From Tubiluchus corallicola (lineage: Eukaryota > Animalia > Priapulida): a DNA stretch of 64,000 bases. Positions 50,986 through 64,000 of this stretch are shown here, one piece after another (the stretch's first letter is position 1; each line of letters begins with the position of its first letter). Where the stretch lies: NCBI GenBank assembly GCA_030141605.1, contig JAQGDQ010000029.1, forward strand, positions 62,001 to 126,000, in the 5' to 3' direction. Under the pieces are notes generated by a model. It was not told the DNA's origin, searched no databases, and saw only the letters and a program-made list of their open reading frames with translations. The translations under genes were made by a program, and so were the position numbers.

Positions 50986-52648
50986 ACTCCACCCCAAAAG
51001 GGCAGCATGTCCTTCATTACCTATTCTCAAAAGGTAACGACAATGAATATTATAATTATAAATGTCAAAACACAACTATCAATTGAGTAAACAAACAGCA
51101 CGGAATAAATATTTCAAAAAATTGTTGACTTATCATTTAACTAGTTGGTAAGCTTAGGTGTAGCCTAAAGCACTTGCTAGGTGTTGTTCAAGTATTTCTA
51201 TTAGTGATGTATGAATTTAATTTATTGGCTACAATTTTGGGTATCAGATGTACCTGTAGATGTCAATAGGACAAGTTCACATAAGGGTGTCATATAAGCC
51301 TTTTTTTTCACCACCGCGTACAGCTATAACATTGGCCTTTTGCACTTTCCTGTCATCCCTAAGAAATACCTCTTTAATTCTTCCAAGTGGCCACTGATTA
51401 CGAGTGGCAATGTTACAAAGTTTTCTTTATGGCAAACACTTTGACAAAAATGTCAGTTCCAGAGAACCAAATACCCTTAGCTAGGTCTACTGCTGCAGCA
51501 CCTCTTGTAGCAACATCTGCCGGGTTCAGATGAGAAGAGACATATTTCCAATGGGAAGGTCCTGACACATTACGTATTTCCTGAATGCGACTGGCAACAT
51601 ACACATAGAACCATTTACTATCATTATAAATGTACACCATCACCACGTTGGAGTCAGTGTAAAAGAACACATTGTCTATGTCTAGATCTAGCTCTACCAG
51701 AAGTCTTTGGGTAGCACGAGAAACCATGACTGCAGCACATAATTCTAATCTGGGCATTGGCTTTGGCTTGCCCAGACACCGATGCTACATTCACTATTCC
51801 GTACGTATTCACAAACTGTACATAAATTGCCACTCCAGTTGCAAGTGTGCTGGCATCTGAAAATGAATGTAACTCTGCCGTAACTATCTTTCCAAAGTCT
51901 GCCTGGTAATAACGAAGAGCTACTTTAACCTGCTCTAATTCTCTACGAGTGCACTCTTCCAACATTGCCATTCATTGAGCAAACCCGTAGGTAGAGGATC
52001 GTCCCAATCCAGTGGGAGTTCCTAGCTTTACCCAAGCGTATGAGTTGCTGCAATATCATTTTGCCTCATAACGACAGGCGCAGCTAGAGCAAGTGGGTAA
52101 CATAAGCTGTTAAATATTGATAAAACCCCACGTCTTGTAACTCTGGTTTCTCTGGCATGGTCACACAAAGGTGAAAGAATCATCTTGCAGATTCCATACT
52201 ATGCCTAAAGATCTTTGCAGTGGTAGCTGATCATGTGCAAAGTCAAGCGACAGAATGCTTTCACCACGATCCTCGTTTGGAATTGCTTCCATCAGTGATG
52301 ATGAGTTTGAAGCCACCTTGTGGAAGCATAGATTAACTGTTCCCACATTTACCATGATATTCTTTAACAGATCAACAGCTTTTTCTCCAGGTCCTGATGC
52401 CAATCCTCATCGACATAGAAACTTTTGCAGACAAAATTACCAAAAGGAAAATCTTTATGTTCTTCATTTATAGTGAAAGAATGAAACATCTGCTCAATGT
52501 CGCACACCAATGCGATACATTCTTGCCAAAAACGAACGAAGCCTCCCAGAAGGCTATTCATTTGATCCGGGCCAATAAAAAGCTGTTTACTCAATGAGAA
52601 CTTTTCGAATTCATCTGATTGTCCCGGACTGCATGGTTTATAGACCAC
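50986..52648 (-). mobile_element. Heavily decayed, internally deleted BEL/Pao element
   Basis: GPDQMNSL, CDIEQMFH, FYVDE, HSFSDAS, PRLELCAA, YTDSNVV, NPADVATRG, then RNQWPLGRI; PPT GGGGTGGAG followed by TG near 50986. Confidence 0.85.
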
Positions 52649-53170
52649 CGGGACGTGCCCAACTCCCCGTATCCATTCTTAGTTCTAGTCTTAGCACCCT
52701 TTGATTAATGGAGCTGCCCCTCAATACTGTCCAACCCTAACCCTAACTACCTTACCACTTTGAATAATGGAATGGTCCAAGAGTGGGTCAACCCTAACCT
52801 AGTTGTTACCCTACCTCGCCCCTTCAAATAATGGTTTAACCCCAACTTATCGTCATCCCTGTCGGGCCCCCTCGAGGGTCTAAGTGACGAACATCCCTAG
52901 TTGATAACCCTAATGACTAACCCTAACCCTAGTTGCTAACCCTATTTAAATTAAAGTTTTCCATAAGGGTGATTCGAACTCGGGTTCGATTGCATGCGAG
53001 GCCTCCTCCTTACCTCCTAGGTCACGTATTTTTTTGCAGGTGTTAATTGTGGTATAAGTGGTGTACGTTTATTATTGTGCATGTGTGTGCTTGTTCTAAC
53101 CCTAACTCTATCCCTAACTTATTGCGAAATGAGGTTTGCGCATGCGCGGTTGTTCTATCACGTTGTAAAA
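52645..53170. repeat. Dispersed (AACCCT)-rich repeat, copy 2
   Basis: Same motif order as 44140-44560. Confidence 0.65.
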
Positions 53171-53783
53171 TGTGATAATGGTTTATGCATGTTGGGTTAC
53201 TTTTGTGTTACCAAGGTCTATCCCTAACTTACGGAAACGAAAGTTTTCATTAAGTGGTTTTAGAAGCTAAAGTAATGTTACTTGTAAAATGTGATTAAGT
53301 TCTATGGGTATCCCTAGAAGCGAGCGCGTCGCACATTCCACTAATAGCACATGACTTTCATGTACCGCCCTCGTAGAGTTCACGTTTGTTTACCAACACC
53401 GGCTACCGCTTACATAATCTTCCCACTTCCAATGTATTGCGCAATAAGTCTAATAGATTTTGTCGGGTCGCCAGGTAACTCAGCTTCCGTTTAAAATGGG
53501 AGGTAAAACTTAATTGAAAATGTAGAATTAATTTCCGGCTCCTTGCATCGTATGCACTTAATGTGCTAGCAAAAGTAGCCGTATCGATGGGAAAGATTAT
53601 TAGGTTAGTGTTAAGAAAGATTTTGGCGGGAAGGCAAAAGCACATGTTCGCCGAGATGCCGTATATTTATCCTTGTGAAAATTTATTCTAGTACACGTGA
53701 AGATGAGAGTATTTTCTGTTCTAGTCAATTTGTAGAAAATGAATGTTTTATTTCGAGCTTTCTATTACGTGTTTCGCGAGCAG

Positions 53784-53831
53784 ACGAAACACGGATATGG
53801 TTTTATGAGATATTCCACTGTGTTTATACAC

Positions 53832-53927
<96 letters not shown>

Positions 53928-53985
53928 ATATGTGTGTATGTATAAACACAGTGGAATATCTCATAAAACCATATCCGTGTTTCGT
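53784..53985. repeat. Perfect 47-bp inverted repeat enclosing a (TA)n tract
   Basis: ACGAAACACGGATATGGTTTTATGAGATATTCCACTGTGTTTATACA (53784-53830) and its reverse complement (53939-53985). Confidence 0.92.
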
Positions 53986-56629
53986 ATTATAATATAATAT
54001 AATATACTATAATATAACCGTATAATATAATATATATATACATACATACATATATATATATATACATATAATAAAAACGCAAATCAACGTCTGGTATTCG
54101 AAAAACGAGTGAGATATCTGTTAAAATTTGTAAAATTTTTATTGAAAAATGGTACAATAAGCCCTCTATTTGTGGGGCGCACAAAACAATTTGATAAATA
54201 AGACTTTACATTAAATAAATTTTTACAATAAATTCTTCACAGTCACAATTTCTTTCTAAACAAGTTATCGCAACTACATTACGTTTTATTAATTCTAATT
54301 ATACAACAAATATTGACGTACAATACTTATGCGTGATATACTGTATGTACAAATAGTATACGTTCTAGCTTTTACATGTGGCATTTAATGTTACGTTAAT
54401 GTCATTTACATATAATTGCTAATTACGTTAAGATGAAAAGTAAAAGAAGAAATAGTGATATTTGGAATATTAAGACCAGTTTTCACTCTCGCTTTCCTCA
54501 TTTTGTTCGTGTGAATATAGAAAGGATGCTACTTCGTTTGGGTTTCTTGACTAGTTAGCCTATTCCATTGGCCCATGTCTACTTGACTAGTTTGCCTATT
54601 CCATTGGCCCATGTCTAGTATGGCGTACTGTTTATCGGTGAAGTTATTGGCACCCGAGGCGTACGCACCTATGAAGACGTATTTGTTCCACACGCTGATT
54701 TTACAGCGCTTGGAAAGATTAAACTGGTTGTATCCCCATGCGATACTCATGTTCTCGGGCCTCACTTCTTTATCTTCCTCTCCGAAGATGAAGTTGAATG
54801 TGATGATTGTTTCTTGTCTATCGTCTTCTTCCTCTACGGCGCGACGTATGGTTCGAACTTTGTGGATGAGGTTCCGATACTTCCACGGCATCAATCTCAC
54901 CCCTGGGAGTTTGGGAATCGAGAAATCGCCCATTCTCTTTCCCGATTCTCAGTTGCCACGTCGCGCCGAGTTTCTTCCATGAGAGGTAGTTTCCGCAGCC
55001 AAAATGGATGGTTGATAGTGAACTGCTCTCTGTCACACGAGGGGCAGGATAGTCGTGCGTGTCATCGAGCTTCTTACTCACCCAGTATTGCATCTCGAAG
55101 GAGAAAATTTCTGGGTCGGTTTGAAAAATGTTCTCTCGTTTCTGCAAGAGGAATGTAGTGTGTACTCCCCTGCAGAAGCAGTTAACGTGCACCACGAAGT
55201 CGATGATACACGCAAGTTGATTTGCTCACAATGATCCTCATCCGTGCTTCCGTCTAGCCCACCATTAATGTGTGGTAGAAGGCATTTTTTGGCATCCTTG
55301 AGTTCCGCATATTCATAGAGGTTCATGACGAATTCCGTCACCTCCATTTTTTCTCGAAAGACATATCTGTAAATAAAAAAAATGAGAAGCACGTTAATAT
55401 TAACAATAATAATAATGATGTGAATAATAATAATAATAATGTGAATTCGACGAGGGCACCATTTGCAGCAATCTATACATCAAACGAAAGGTCTCGATCT
55501 AGTGTCGTCTCATTGGGGGTTTATTTTTCGAATGGGGCCCACCGCGAGGAACGGGGGGGCGAAAAACCTCCAAAAATGGCCATTTTTCGGCCGTTTTTTG
55601 CAAAAGTTATACGCCTGAGATATGGAGAACGGGAATGGGCCATGGGTGGTGCTGGCTATGGATAGATGGCCCGTTCAGCGGTGGGTGTAGTAGGCATATT
55701 TAGAATTCCCGAGAGGGCCACGGCGTCCCGTAACGGGCGTTTTCCCGGACCCAAGTCGCGATTTTTTCGAAATTTTGACCAAACAGCATGCGGAAAAAAC
55801 ATTCTAGCGGCGCCTGGTGGGACTCTCGGAAGGAGATATATGGCTCTTTAGAAAGAGGAAGAATAGGGCTACACGATGATGTGAGCTATATTTTAGGGCA
55901 GGTCCACCGAGAGTTAATTACATGTTCTTTTTTCCGCAATTTTCGCTTAGAAAACTGCTGACGCAAAGCTATTGTTGTGACGTCATCCATTATACTCTGT
56001 CTATAATCTTATAGCTTTAATTCAGCAAAAAGCTGCTACAGGCTTTGCGTTAGGTAAGTAAACAAACAGTAGGCAGGATGTTACGGGCTTTGTGTTATAA
56101 ATGAGGACTAGGTAGAATGTTCGCATATTATTGATTACACGTGTATTTATACGCAAAATCTTTTGCGGAGTCTTTGCTAGTAATAATAATAATATCGATA
56201 TCACAATTAGTGACGCATACATTTTTACCAAAGTACGACGTGAAATTAAAACCTTGTTTGTACCTACCTCGCAATCATTTTCCTCCTCGCGTCGTATCGT
56301 TACCACCATGTTTTCGATTTCGAATATGGCATTCGTGTTTGATGACATTTTTGCTGATTCAAACATTGTCGGAGTGTCTGTGCGTGCAAGGGAACGACTG
56401 AACGTGTTAGCAAGTGAGAAAGATCTTTGCGTGCAATCATTTTACGATAGAAAGTCGAGTTGGTACACGTCACCCATTTTCTCGTCAACAGCTTCGTCAT
56501 CACATTCGTGAGAAACCTGCTTTTTTTATAAAAGAGTTTGCGTGGGAAGCTTTTCCTTACCCTAAATGAAAGGTGTGAAAGTTTTCTTCTCCTGCCAAAT
56601 GAGAAAGACGTCATTGCTGCTCATCACAT

Positions 56630-56725
56630 CTCACCTCCAATCAGCTAATTTGGCGCGCCACCATTGCGTCACCTGATTGGCTGGAGTAAGTTTCCCACAC
56701 CTGCTTTGGTGGCTTCCTATACAAA
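56630..56725. promoter_or_regulatory. Candidate bidirectional promoter: inverted CCAAT boxes flanking an E2F-like site
   Basis: CTCCAATCAG...TTTGGCGCGCCA...TGCGTCA...CTGATTGG...TTTCCCAC, with short ORFs running away on both strands. Confidence 0.45.
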
Positions 56726-56831
56726 GCGAATAGGTGCAGCCCACATTAATAAGCAAACTTGCACACCGCGTAGTCGCATCGCCTTTTGTGCAAAGACACC
56801 CGACACACGTAAAACAATTAATTAATTATTC

Positions 56832-57384
56832 ATGTTTGTGCTTGCACTATCTTGTGGAAGGTGTGATATATATTTTGGATGCTACATTTTGTGCACGTGG
56901 TTGTGGAAATTGTGGATTATATCTTTATCAACAGGTGAGTACACTTTTGTCATCCTTCGTTCGTAATTTGTTTCTCTTTTTCGAATTTGATTAATCGAGT
57001 TTTGCTAGTAAAGTTTCGTTATATTATCAAAGAAACTTTATTACGACTGTTGACACACATCTGTGTTTATTCTAGACGTGCGAAAGAAAAAAAATTCGTA
57101 TCATGGATTTGTCAGAAAAGCTTTGCAGAGCCAGAAACGCGCGACGCAGGTTAGTTTCTCGTTTGGAATATTTAGATTACTTTAGTTTAATCTTTAATTA
57201 TTTGTAGTGGAATTACAAAACAGTCTACATTCGTTATGCGCATCACCGCGATGCAAGTGCCACGTGTAAACTGCCAATAAACGAAAAAATGATCATCGCA
57301 ACAAATAATTACCGCACCCGATTCGATAAATCATTTGATTCGGTTATAACTGCAAAATACGATTATTTGATTTACACGTGCTAA
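56832..57384 (+). CDS. Hypothetical three-exon protein of about 117 aa
   Basis: Exons 56832-56934, 57076-57149 and 57208-57384 with GTGAGT/GTTAGT donors and TAG acceptors join in frame; no recognisable domain. Confidence 0.3.
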
Positions 57385-58409
57385 TTATTATTAATTTAAT
57401 ACGCTTTTATGGATCATATATCGAGTCTGCTTCTCTTTTTTTAAAGAGTGATGATGATGGGGCCTCGTCCTCGCGTGGCGTCAAAAAGTGTGACGTCGTC
57501 AACAATGATGGCGATGATGACAACAACAACATCATCATCATCAGGGGGATTATCCACTAGACCTTCGTTGTGCAGGTCAGCAATTTGGACGTTGCCATTG
57601 TCGAGAATTGTCGGAAATGCATGGTGTGTATGTGTGTACGTACGTATGTTCGAATCGTGCATCCCGCAACAGTGGCACCGTCAACACCGGTGGCAGCGGC
57701 AGCCAGCACCTCGTTGCAACACTCTCACAAGGACAGTGTGGATGACAAACTTTCCACTTCCAGGCGAAATGCGGGTCCACTGGAAACAATTGTAGATCCT
57801 GAGAGGTAGGTGTCATATCTTTTGTTAAATATTACGCAATCTTCATAGATTTTCTTTGGTATCCATCTCGAATGATGATGATGATGATGATGATGATGGA
57901 CAGCGATTATGATGTTTTGTGAAAAATTATTATTATTATTATTATTTCGTAAAGGTTTTGTAAATTATAAATAATACGTAAACGTACTCTATACTCTTGA
58001 TAAATATTATGCAATCTACATTGGTTATCTTTAGTAACTATCTCGATTGATGATGATAATGTCTATGTTTTGAGGAAAATTATTTCGTAAATCATAAATA
58101 GAGCGTAAACATGGTGTAATACATTTCAATAGCGCGCGCGCGTGCGCACGTGTATGTATGTGTGCGTGTTTGTGTCGTTCGCCATTCGCATTTCTTAAAT
58201 GCTCATTTTTTTCCTTTTCAGTGGACACGAATTCCGTCTAGTGGAGAGTGGTCATGGAAGAGTGTTGCAAGTCTGGAGGAGTCAGGTCTTGGGAAATAGA
58301 TGCTGAATTAATTTTAGATGATTTTTCTACTGTCATTGATATGTTGGGTGATGCACATTTCGAAACTGGTCGTGTGACGGGAACACAAAGAATTTCCTTC
58401 ATGGCATAG

Positions 58410-58768
58410 TGTGTCTCAGAAATTTTTATTTCTGTATATACAAAAAATGAAAATAATAAATTTGACAGCTTCTCACTGCATACAAATGTATAATAAATTG
58501 ATTATTATAATTTAAGATATTAAAGTAAATGTTACTTACATCGTGCGGCTATAAAAAACTTAATAGATTCTTGAAACGTCATACAGGTTAACGGCAAATC
58601 AGGTAGAGACACTATACTTAAACATTATCAAACATTACTAAACATTTGCTGAGCCTTGTGTCAGCGTGTTTAGCGAGGCACCCAATTTACCACCTCACAG
58701 GTAAAAATTACAGGTAAGTTCCATAGGTGCTGCCACCTACATGTTAAGGCCAGAAACTGACCTTAACA
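58410..58768 (-). repeat. 3' LTR of BEL element 2
   Basis: CCTTAACA|CACCCCCTTTAAATGGG junction mirrors element 1 (CCTTAACA|CTCCCCCCTTAAATGGG); left end approximate. Confidence 0.75.
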
Positions 58769-58821
58769 CACCCCCTTTAAATGGGACTTGAGTGCCATTT
58801 CCCACTAAAGGAATAACAAAA

Positions 58822-61800
58822 TTAATCTGCTTTTTCAATTAAACATAATTTGTGTATAGGTCGGGTTAGAAGCGTACTTTTGGTCTTTATGGTTGCAGAG
58901 CGGACGCATCCATCATCACTTGTCTTGACATCTGTAATTCGCCCAAGTATCCACTGGCTTCGATGGACATTATCGCTTACCAAAACTACGTCTCCAGCTT
59001 TGAGATTTTCTTTGCTTCGTAACCATTTTGTTCGCAGTTGTAACGTTGGCAAGTATTCACGATACCATCTTGTCCAGAATAAGTCTGCCATGTACTGGAC
59101 TTGGCGCCACTTCTTTTTGTATTGGTCCTTTACTTCGAAGTTGCCAGGCGGCAGTGCAGGATTTGGTCGAAGCAGCAACAAATGGTTTGGTGTCAGAGCT
59201 TCTAAGTCATTTGGATCTTCTGAAACAATGGTAAGGGGCAGGCTATTTAAAATGGCCTCTACTAGACAGAATAGTGTACTAAGTCTTTCGTCATCCAGTG
59301 TTTGCTGTTCTAAGATACTGACTAAAACTTTCTTTACACTTCTAATCATGCTCTCACAGAAGCCACCAAAATGGCTAGCTGAAGCAGGGTTGAAGATCCA
59401 CTCTATATTTTTCTGACGTAGAGTGCTTTGAATTTGACTTTGGTTCCATTCGGTTATGGAATTCTGAAGCTCCTTTTGGGCGCCAACAAAATTTGTACCT
59501 TGATCAGACCTGATTAGTCTTGGTGGACCTCTTCGGCTTATGAAACGTTGCAGTGCTTGAATGAAAGAGCTGGTTTCGAGGGTGTGTAAAATCTCTAGGT
59601 GAACTGCTCTAGTGGTGGTGCAAGTAAAAATGCAGCCATATCGCTTAGCTTTTGCACGCCCTCTGACAACATAAAAGGTTCCGAAGCAGTCTACACCTAC
59701 ACATTCGAAAGCATGAGTTCCTTCTACACGATCAGCTGGCAAATCTGCCATTTTCTGGCTCTCCAGGGGTGCATAGAGACGACGGCACTTACGACAATAT
59801 TTTAATAGTTTCTTTGTAAGTGCCCGTCCTCGAATAATCCAGTAAGCAGAGCGAACTAAGGAGAGCACATGTTCTCTTCCAATGTGACCATTGGTTTCAT
59901 GGTAATGACGGATTATTAAGGTTGAAACATGATGCTCTTTAGGAAGTACTGCAGGATGTTTGGCAGCTTCAGGTAGCGCTGCATTTCTAAGTCGCCCTCC
60001 AACAACAATGAGGTTGTCCTTAGACAGGACAGGATTTAACTTAGCAATCTTGCTCGATTTGGAGACAGCTTGTCCTGCAGATAAGGTTTTGTATTCCCGA
60101 GTAAAGTGTTGGCGTTGGATATAGCCGAGAATCGCCTTTTCTGCTTGCTCCACCTCTGAAACAGAAATCTCTGTATTATAGCATTGAGAGGATGGGATCT
60201 GTCTTTTTGTGATTTTGTTCTTTAAAATGGCTTTCACTCGCAAAAACCATGTGACAGCTTTTTTAAGTTTGTAGAAGCTACTATAATATTCCATAAGCTT
60301 GTCAGTAGCTTCTGACTTGGAAGAGTTAGCTTCACACAATAAGACTTTAACACTTTGCTTTATCTCATTGTCGTGACTATCCACTGTGGGCAGAACTGTT
60401 TGAACTGGCCATTCTGGTTCAGGTTTGTAAAGAAATTCTGGGCCATGCAGCCATCTGACACTTGCGATTAAATCTCTTGCAGACAAACCTCGCGATGCAT
60501 CATTTGCTGGATTTTCATCTCCAGAGACATGCCTCCATTGGCTGGGAACTGTTAAGCTGTGTATGGTAGCTAACCGGTTAGCCACAAAGGTTTTGTATCT
60601 CGCCCTTTCATTGTTGATATAGCCAAGAACAATTGTGCTGTCGACCCAAAATGTAGAAGTACCTATAGGAATGCTTAATTCCTTCCGTGCCATAGAATCA
60701 ACTTTTACTGCAAGCACAGCAGCTGACAGTTCGAGGCGTGGCAAAGTGACTTTCTTAAAGGGGGTCAGTCTTGTTTTACTCACCACAAATGTACAGAAGT
60801 ATATCTCCTGCAGCATTTGCTGATCTAAGATATGATACAGTTCCAAGGGCTCTTTCGGATGCATCTGAGAAATGATGAAGCTGGTATGAAACAGCTTCAA
60901 AGTTTGGTGGTGTAAAACACCGACTCAGGTGCACATCTTTGATTAAGTCAAGTTCTTCTAACCATCTTTTCCATTGTTGTTTCACATGATCCTCCAAAGG
61001 TTCATCCCAGGATTTCTTCAATCGTGTTTCTTCCTGAAATAGTAACTTCGCTTGCAGAACATAGGGACTTATTATTCCCATAGGATCATATGATGAAGCC
61101 ATTACACTCAAAAGACCATGGCGTGTCATCGGTTTTTCTTTTTTCCTAACAAGAATACTAAAATGGTCTGCTTCCATGTTCCATGCAATGGCAAGAACCC
61201 GATCAACAGGCAAGGATGAGTTATCTAAATCAATATCCTTCACTGATTTCCCTCTTTCTTCTGCAGGGATAGAGTTGAGAACTTCTCGGTCATTGCTGCA
61301 CCATTTTGTTAAATGGAAGCCACCATGGTGAAGTAAACTGGTAAGGTCTTCTATCATTGCAATACCTTCCTGAGTTGTTGAAAGAGACTTAAGAAGATCG
61401 TCTACATAGAAATTGCTTATAACTGTTTGTACCACGGTGCTGTTGTACAAAGCTCTGTTGTCCATGGCTGTTTTCTGGAGTGCATATGATGCAATACTTG
61501 GGCACCATATTCCGCCAAAAATATGGACTGTCATCCTGTATATTTTAGGTTTTAGTTGTATATTGCCTCCAGGCCACCAAAGGAAACGGAGTACATCTCT
61601 GTCAGCAGGAGTGACTCTCACCTGGTAAAACATACTCTGGATGTCAGCAGTGATTGCTATTTTACCTTCTCTAAATCTGAGCAGGACGCCAAGGAGCTTG
61701 TTGGTTAGATCAGGTCCTTGCATTACAATTTTGTTTAATGTTGTGCCAGCAAAACTCACAGCACAATCAAATACTACTCTTGTTTTCTCTGGCTTGCTCT

Positions 61801-64000
61801 CACTTTTAACACTAAAGTGTGGCAAATACCACACCTTGCCATCAGTGGTTGCAGCTTCCTCATTTACAGGTTCAGCATATCCTTTTTCGAGCAAGTCACT
61901 GATCTCTTTAGAGTATTTGTTGTGAAGGGCCTCATCTTGCTTAAACTTCTTCTTCAAACCTTCAAGTCTCTTCTCTGCTACAATTTTGTTATTTGGCAAA
62001 TCGGGAGATTCGCTTCTAAATGGGATATCCATCATATAGTGGTGGTCTTCAGTCAGTGTTGCGGATCGTTCCCAGATGTTAACAGTTCTTACATCTTCGA
62101 CAGAAGGTTTATGGCTGTTATCTTCACAAGATTCTAGCTGCCAGAATCGCTCTACTTGTTGCTCCAGTGTTACAGGCTGCAAAATGCTAAGGTTACAACT
62201 GATATGCTCGGCTTCAGTTGGTCCAAGTGGTCCATTTAGGGTCCAACCCAAGACACTGAGCGATGCCCAAGGAGCATGTTTAGGTCCTTTTGAGAGCGAG
62301 AGCTTCAGGCACATCTTGCCCTATGAGAAGGCCAAGTTCCAGAGACTGAGATCTGTCCTGGGCAACATAGACGTCAATGCCTTGTAAGTGTGGCCAAGAG
62401 CTCAAGTTCTAATAAACAGGTAAATGCTCCATCTCTAACATAAGGGATGGTCTTGTAAAGACAAGAGGGAGATCTATGGTGACATTGTAGCTTGGATCAG
62501 ACACTTGTAGTTTAGTGACTTTACTCTTCTTCTGGCTCTGTTTAGCATCAAGCGTTGTCAAAATTAATGTTTCTTCTCTGCCCTGAGCACCTAACTTTTC
62601 ATATATTTGGCTAGAGCAGAATGTATTTGTCGAACCAGGGTCAAGACGTGCTAGTGTCTTTAATGGTTTACCACCTGGTATGTTAACAAATACTGGCAAG
62701 ATAGGCAAAGCTACATGGCACTTAGAAGGCTCATGCGTCTTCTTTATGTAACCACTTTGGCAATTGTGCTCACTATCTTCTTCTTTTAGTTTCTCGTTAT
62801 CTTCTTCATTATTCTTCTTTTCTTTTTCTTCTCCACTATACGGCCTGCTGTTGGGTTTGTGTGCAGCAGCAGCAGTGCTAATATTTCCTCGCATATTCTG
62901 AGCATGCAAGAAAGTGGAATGTTTTCTCTTGCAAACATCACAGCGATTGGCTGACCTACATGATGCACTACTGTGGTTAGGCTTCAGGCAATTAAAACAT
63001 AGTTTGTGTTGCTTGGCTACCTCTAGCCTTCCAGGTACAGTTAGCCTGTTGAACTTGAAGCATTTCTGAAGCGGATGTGCTTCAGAACACAGGGTACATG
63101 AAAGTGAAGTCTTCTCTTCAGATTTGTCAGGTTCACGTGTATGTGAACTAGCAAATGTTCCAGAACTAGCAAAAATGTTTACAGAATTAGACTTTGGTTT
63201 AGGCTTATAGGTGTCCTTCCTCTCGGATGGTTTCCTATGAAACGTGGGATCATTTTCAATCTGTGCCTGTGTTTCTATGAAAGTGACAACATCAAAGATG
63301 TCTGGATTTCTCCCAGAAGATTTAATATTATGAACCTCTTTCCTCCAGTGAGAATGAATGCCAATGGGCAATTTGTCAACGATTTGTACGAGATTTCCTT
63401 GAGCATTAATCTCGGACAAATAACCTAAACTTGACAGAGTTTCATAACAAGCACGCAACAAGTCTGCATATTCCTGTAATGTCTGATATTCCGCAGCCTT
63501 AATGGGTTTGAAATCCGAAATCTGTTTGATCCATGCTTGAGTGATATTAAATTCATTTCCAAACTGCTGCTTTAGCATGCGCTTTGCTTTTGTGTAACCT
63601 ACAACTGGGTCCATTGTCACACAGCAGTCAATATAACGTTTTACTTTGTCACTGCAAAACTGAAGAAGGAGTGTTAATCTGGCAACGTTGTCAGTTGTGT
63701 AATTCTCAACCGTTGTTTCAAACTGTTTAATGAAGCGACAATACTGCAACGGGCTGCCATCGAATTTCTCTATCTCGATACCAGGCAATGGACAACCATA
63801 AAACTGGTAAGGGGGTTGTACTGCTGGCAGAGGACTGCCTTTGATTTCAGGTTGCTTGACACGTAAAGGTGCCTGAAAGGAACTGCTTCCTGGTTGCTCT
63901 GGCTGAAAGGCACTGCTTCCTGGTTGCTCTGCCTGCAAGGAACTGCATCCTGGTTGCTCTTGGCAATAATTTGCTACCCAGTCTCTCGTTTGCTCTCTTT
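58822..64000 (-). pseudogene. BEL Gag-Pol polyprotein with frameshifts near 62400, 62310 and 60810
   Basis: LPGIEIEKFDG, three zinc knuckles, RLDPGST, WYLPHF, FYVDDLL, FSDAS, PRLEL, SDQGTNF, RPIHKLCL. Confidence 0.95.

Larger units (their letters stand above)
58410..64000 (-). mobile_element. BEL/Pao LTR retrotransposon 2 (related family, no glycogenin); 5' part outside the window
   Basis: 3' LTR about 58410-58768 starting TGTTAAGG after a PPT; Gag, PR, RT and IN colinear with element 1. Confidence 0.95.

Noticed and set aside
55480-55960. GC-rich ORFs 55420-55851
   Set aside because: No domain signal; the sequence resembles non-coding subterminal repeats of a DNA transposon, but termini could not be defined.

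Overview
AT-rich invertebrate animal genomic DNA with GT-AG introns and no prokaryotic features. The left part (1-27 kb) holds two host genes: a CDS-intronless QDPR (- strand) and a roughly 16-exon + strand gene. That gene encodes an Arg/Ser/Asp-rich N-terminus, a Pro/Gln/Gly/Tyr repeat and five matrin/U1-type zinc fingers, and its introns carry MITEs. The right part (28-64 kb) is a transposon cluster: two related BEL/Pao LTR retrotransposons, a third BEL relic, a decayed Gypsy, LINE relics, a near-intact THAP/P-element transposon and an unexplained compact block at 53.4-58.4 kb. Main finding: the BEL/Pao element at 28.0-35.9 kb carries a complete, intronless glycogenin (GT8) catalytic domain inside its Gag reading frame (SAP - coiled coil - glycogenin - PAM2-like - Gag core - PR - RT - RH - IN). 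The sister BEL element in this window has no such domain at the equivalent position. All calls come from manual reading and remembered family motifs; no searches were run.
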